Source of the DNA: Podarcis erhardii
Taxonomy: Eukaryota
NCBI GenBank assembly: GCA_964252035.1
Contig: OZ176201.1
Strand: one strand, 5' to 3'
Length of the DNA: 64,000 bases
Below, piece after piece: positions 59,691 through 64,000 of this stretch. The position numbers were made by a program, and so were the translations under genes. The notes beneath the pieces were generated by a model. It was not told the origin of the DNA. It made no database searches and saw nothing but the letters and a program-made list of their open reading frames with translations. How positions within the stretch are numbered: the first letter of the stretch is position 1; each line of letters begins with the position of its first letter.

Positions 59691-61214
59691 GTGGATTTTG
59701 GGCTCTCAAATTTCAGCAGGGCCCCATGGGGGGACACATAGGGGGAGAACAGGCATAAGAGAAGCTCTCCAGACAGTTCTTCATCAATGAAAACAAGTTG
59801 TCTTTTCCATGTGAGTATATTTTGTTTGAATCAGAAGTACAGTCTTACACTGATACAGCAGAGAAGGTTTGGTATGCCCAGCAAGGACTATGGAATTATC
59901 TAGTCCAAGGACCAGCTGAAAAAACAACCCCACATTGAGAAATGGGAACCATATGATCTGTTGCAGAGATCACTGCTTTTATATAATAGTGGGAAAGAAC
60001 TTTGGATAGTCATGAGGCATAACTTACTGTCCTTCTGAGTTCTCAGAAGTTGCCTTCACCAGTCTTTGAATGCATTTTGATTTGTGCAACTTTCTGTAAG
60101 GTGCTGGACACCAGGGGCAGGAACATGGTCTGATGGAGGTTTGGTGGAAGGAATATTCAGGGTTTGGCTGTGGATCCAAGTAATACTGTTTCCAGGAACA
60201 TGATCATGAACATTAAATGGCATCCGGGAACTGCAGTCAACTCTTTTTTTAAATGTTGACTTTAAACAAAAATGTGTGCAGCAAAGCAACCAATCAAGTG
60301 ATGGATTACGTGTTAATCTTCCTTGCCCAGGAAAAGCTCTGTGTTATCTTTTATGCCCACCTTAACTGAAAAAGAAATGTTCTTCCCCCCTCTCTTTTTT
60401 GGGGGAAAGCAAATGCCTATGTTTAATTACCTTAAAACTGACTATTGTGTGGAACCAGATATATTTTTAAATATGCTTGCTAATTTCATTTCATAAGAAA
60501 AGCATACTGTGGAACAAAAAGAAAGCGATGAAGTCTATTTTTTTTTCATTCTTCTGTGAGAACTATCTGCAAAAAGAGAAGCAGTTAATCATTTCTTTAA
60601 GTAAATGTGCACGCAAGCTAAATTGTAGCAGCTGAAACATCTGTGACAGAAACAAGTGGATTACTATAAACATTTCCCGGAGATTTGAATGATTTTGCTT
60701 TGATCAAGTTCACACCCCTATTTTTATGTTCACTTCCCATGAAAATTCATATCTGTGTCGGAGGAAGAGAAGAGAATATGATCATGTGTTTTAATTTAGA
60801 TTGCATACAAAACTTATGCACATGAAAGGGCTGAGCCATGGCTGCACAAGCAGTCTTATTTCTAGTTCTGCCAAGATGCCTGCTTGTGGCCCACAGACGT
60901 GACAAAGTTACTTAATGAGACACACTGCTCCTGATGCCACTATAGGGATGAAGCATCCATGACAGCACAACAGCTTCACATGCCATAGAAGCCTTGAGTG
61001 ACTATTCTGATTTATCTGTAATTGGTACCCCTAAGGCACAGTAGCAGAGTAGCAAGACCCTGTAGCAGTTATAGCATCAAAAAGATAAGGCAGTGAGCAG
61101 CAGACATAGCACCCAAGATAGCAAGGGTGACCGGCAGTTGAAGCTCTATAGAGAGGTCCTGTTGAACAACTTACTCCATAGCAGGATAGAGATGAACTGA
61201 GTCATTGTGAGCCT

Positions 61215-61890
61215 TTTCCTCCAGTCTACTCCTCAGCATTTGATACCATTGACCAAGGTATGCTTCTGGAGCTGGTGCTTGGAGACATGGTACTACTTGT
61301 TCGGCTCCTATATCCAGAGCTATTTCTAGAAAGCTACTGTTCAGCACCAGGGGGGCTGTCCTGTGGTTTCCCGCAGGAATCTTGTCCCCCATGCTTCATC
61401 TATATGAAGCCTCTGAGAGCTGTCATCAGGAGATTTGGAGTGAGGTGTCATTAATATGCAGTTAACACTCAGTTTTGCCTCTCTGTTCCATCTGAATTGG
61501 GAGAGGCAGCTGAGGTGCTAGACCAGTGTTTGGAGATGGTGACGGGCTGGATGTGGGTCAGTAAACTGAAGTGGTATCCTTAAAAGGCAGTGGTGTTATA
61601 TGTTCTAAATTCTTAAGTCTGGAAGGGGGAAGACAGCTTGTCCTAGACTTCCCTGGAAGGAGCAGGTTGATAGCAGTACGTTGTTGCTTGAAGTTCAAGT
61701 GGCCTTGATGACTAGAAATGCCCAGTTCCAGCTGTTCACCAGCTGCAGCCCCTTTTGGACAGAGATAACTTGGCCATGGTTCTTCATAGTCTGGTAAGTT
61801 CCAGAGTGGATTGTTGCAATGCACTCTACTTGGAGTTGCCCTTTAAGATGACCCAGAAACAACTGCAGCGGCCAGATTACCGGCTGAGGT
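61215..61890 (+). mobile_element. Degenerate L2 RT fragment
   Basis: SAFDTIDQGMLLE; IYMKPLRAVIRRFGVRCH*YA; LVSSRVDCCNALY. All parallel the intact L2 ORF. Confidence 0.75.
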
Positions 61891-62384
61891 TCCATTCAGA
61901 ACTCATATAACACATTTTAAAACAGCTGCACTGCTTATGCTGGTGAAAACAAACCCCTACTGCCCTCCTGTTTCTGATTCTGTTGCTCCACCAGTACGTG
62001 ACTCTGCATGTGCTCAATTAATGTACAGTTCTGAAGTTCCAAGTGTGTGGATGGGTTTATTGTTTTTCTCCTGTGCCTTGAACCCAACAGCTAGGCATTG
62101 GATTTTTTAAAACAATATTTTAATAAAGTAAAAAAGAGCCACCTCTCTTAAATACTTTGGAATAGGGTCTGGAAACTTTTTCTTCCCATTCTGAGTGCTA
62201 TGTTTTCTTGTAGGCAGCATTCCAAGGGCCACATAACAGTGGTGTGCAGGGCCAGATGCAAAGTCTGAGGTGACTCTTACCTTTGTAAGAGAGATGCCGA
62301 AGTCCAAACAAGAGGCATTATCACAGTTAAAGGACTATACTGCTGTACTAACTCTCTCTCTTTCTCTCTCTCTCTCTATATCTC

Positions 62385-62484
62385 CAGTAACGTACCGCTC
62401 TGGTTACGTAACTTTCAGGTACTTTTTTGGGGGGTGCACACAGACCCCCAGAACGAATTAAATTCGTATCTAAAGGGCCCACTG
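62385..62484. mobile_element. Short, decayed relative of the TA-site MITEs
   Basis: CAGTAACGTACC...GAACGAATTAAATTCGTATCTAAAGGGCCCACTG-TA resembles the ends of 1289-1536. Confidence 0.45.
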
Positions 62485-64000
62485 TATATATATGACAAAT
62501 CTTCCATCTCTAACTGGCAACAGTTATAGGCAACCCTGAATCTTATTCTTGTGGGAAGTCTTTCACATAAACTCTCTTCACGTGATAACTGCCGTTTCCA
62601 CTAGACTAGAGCATTAGGAAGTGTGAAACTTTAGTCAACACGGATAACATCTGAAAGACTGCCAACTCCCCTATGAACCTGCTCATTCATTAAGTAAGAT
62701 TTTTCCCTTTCCCAAGTGCCCCTTCCATCATCAAGGTTCAGTGTCTCAACTTTAAAACTCTCTCCCTGGAAAGGTTTGCCTTGCACCCACCTTGACTACC
62801 TTCAGATGCAAAGTTAAAAACCTTGTTTTATGTGCAGCAATTTTGAATTGAATTTAAACAAATTTATTGCATGAGTAGAATGACCTCTGCTTGAACAGTG
62901 GAGCTTTGCTTCCCTCTCCTCCTCCTGTGCCCTTCCCCTCAAAACTACTCCAAATACTTGGGGGACGGGGGACGGGACCCAAGAGCAAACTAGAGGAGAT
63001 GCGGGAAGGGTGAGGCAAGGGAAGTTCTGTTGCACAAGTGGAAGTTGTTCCACTAGTCTCGTGACTTTACTTGGTACAAACCTCTGTGGTATTATTGCTG
63101 CTTGTTTTATTGGACCTAGTTTCCTTGTTTTGAATGCTTCTGCTGTTGTTTTCTTTGGCTTTTTTGTGGTTGTACATTGTTTGTTTCAGTGCTATTCCAT
63201 TGTTGTATTCATATTATTGTATTGTGAATTGAAACCTGGGGCATATTTTTTTTAAAAAATAAATAGACATACCATTTCCCCTTATCATGCTACACAGTTA
63301 GCCAGCACTGAGTACTGTGAGGACATAACAGGTGAATTCACCTTTATATGAACTGTGATGTTCACAGGCTGCTGTTTACTCTCATTACTGTCATTTATGG
63401 CATTTGTTCTGCGTCAATACAAAAAGCAGTTTATTCCATAGGTTATGGCATTGCCATTTCCAGCTTATTGTGGATATAATGCCTGGAGTCCACAGTCTGA
63501 ATTTAAGGTGACCTTTCTGTCCAGCTTAAAAAAAGAATCCAAAATAATTGATTTTGCAGTTACATGAACAATTTATTGCATATGTTATGAGGTGTTCCTA
63601 CCCCCAGCTCCAGGCTATTTAATGTAAATAACCTTTATAGTTTATTTTATTTTAACTCACCTTTAAAAAAAATTGCATTATGTTCTGTGAGTAAGATTAT
63701 TTTCTTTCAGAAATTCTTTTGAATATTTTAAAATTGTCAAAATATACCCACCTGATAAATATTTCCCCCTCATATGGTTTCCTTCATGGACCATATTGTT
63801 GCTCTCCTTTAAATTGTTTACAGCTTGTCAACATCCATCTCGAATTGTTCTGCTGCAGTATCACTCTGTTGATTCATTGTTTAGCTTTGTTGTCTACTTT
63901 AGCACCAGAGAGCTACTGATCTAGGGTTGATGCAAAGGATTCATAATGAAAAAGGGCGGAAAATAAAGCAAATGGGTCTATTCATTGTTAAACAAATGCC

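Noticed and set aside
63700-63900. Very old CR1 fragment on the minus strand
   Set aside because: Resemblance is too faint to define boundaries without an alignment.
53929-64000. CACNA2D3 exon 12 (VRIFTYLIGRE...) or a nested gene such as LRTM1
   Set aside because: No matching or leucine-rich-repeat coding sequence seen; probably beyond the window.

Overview
This is eukaryotic (vertebrate) genomic DNA, most likely from a lacertid lizard such as Podarcis or Lacerta. That assignment is an inference from the repeats present: Sauria SINE, Squam3-like SINEs, BovB, young L2 and TA-site MITEs. The window lies inside CACNA2D3 (calcium channel alpha-2/delta-3) on the + strand. It holds seven consecutive coding exons, equivalent to human exons 5-11. 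All have GT-AG boundaries and splice in frame to 786 nt / 262 codons covering part of the Cache region and the VWA domain. The rest is intron, densely filled with transposons. Top observations: (1) Two solo LTRs with little DNA similarity (40097-40921 and 51214-51669; both TG..CA with 5-bp TSDs, antisense) each carry an ORF in the same frame relative to the LTR edge. The two ORFs share an ungapped Arg-rich/Trp motif partly encoded by different codons, suggesting an LTR-encoded accessory protein family. (2) An L1 has a complete 5' end and intact ORF1 but is 3'-truncated 90 codons into ORF2, has no tail, and is still flanked by a perfect 20-bp TSD. (3) A pair of 71-bp direct repeats brackets the in-frame exon 11. 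Repeat family names come from recalled consensus sequences, not a database search, and the boundaries of old fragments are approximate.
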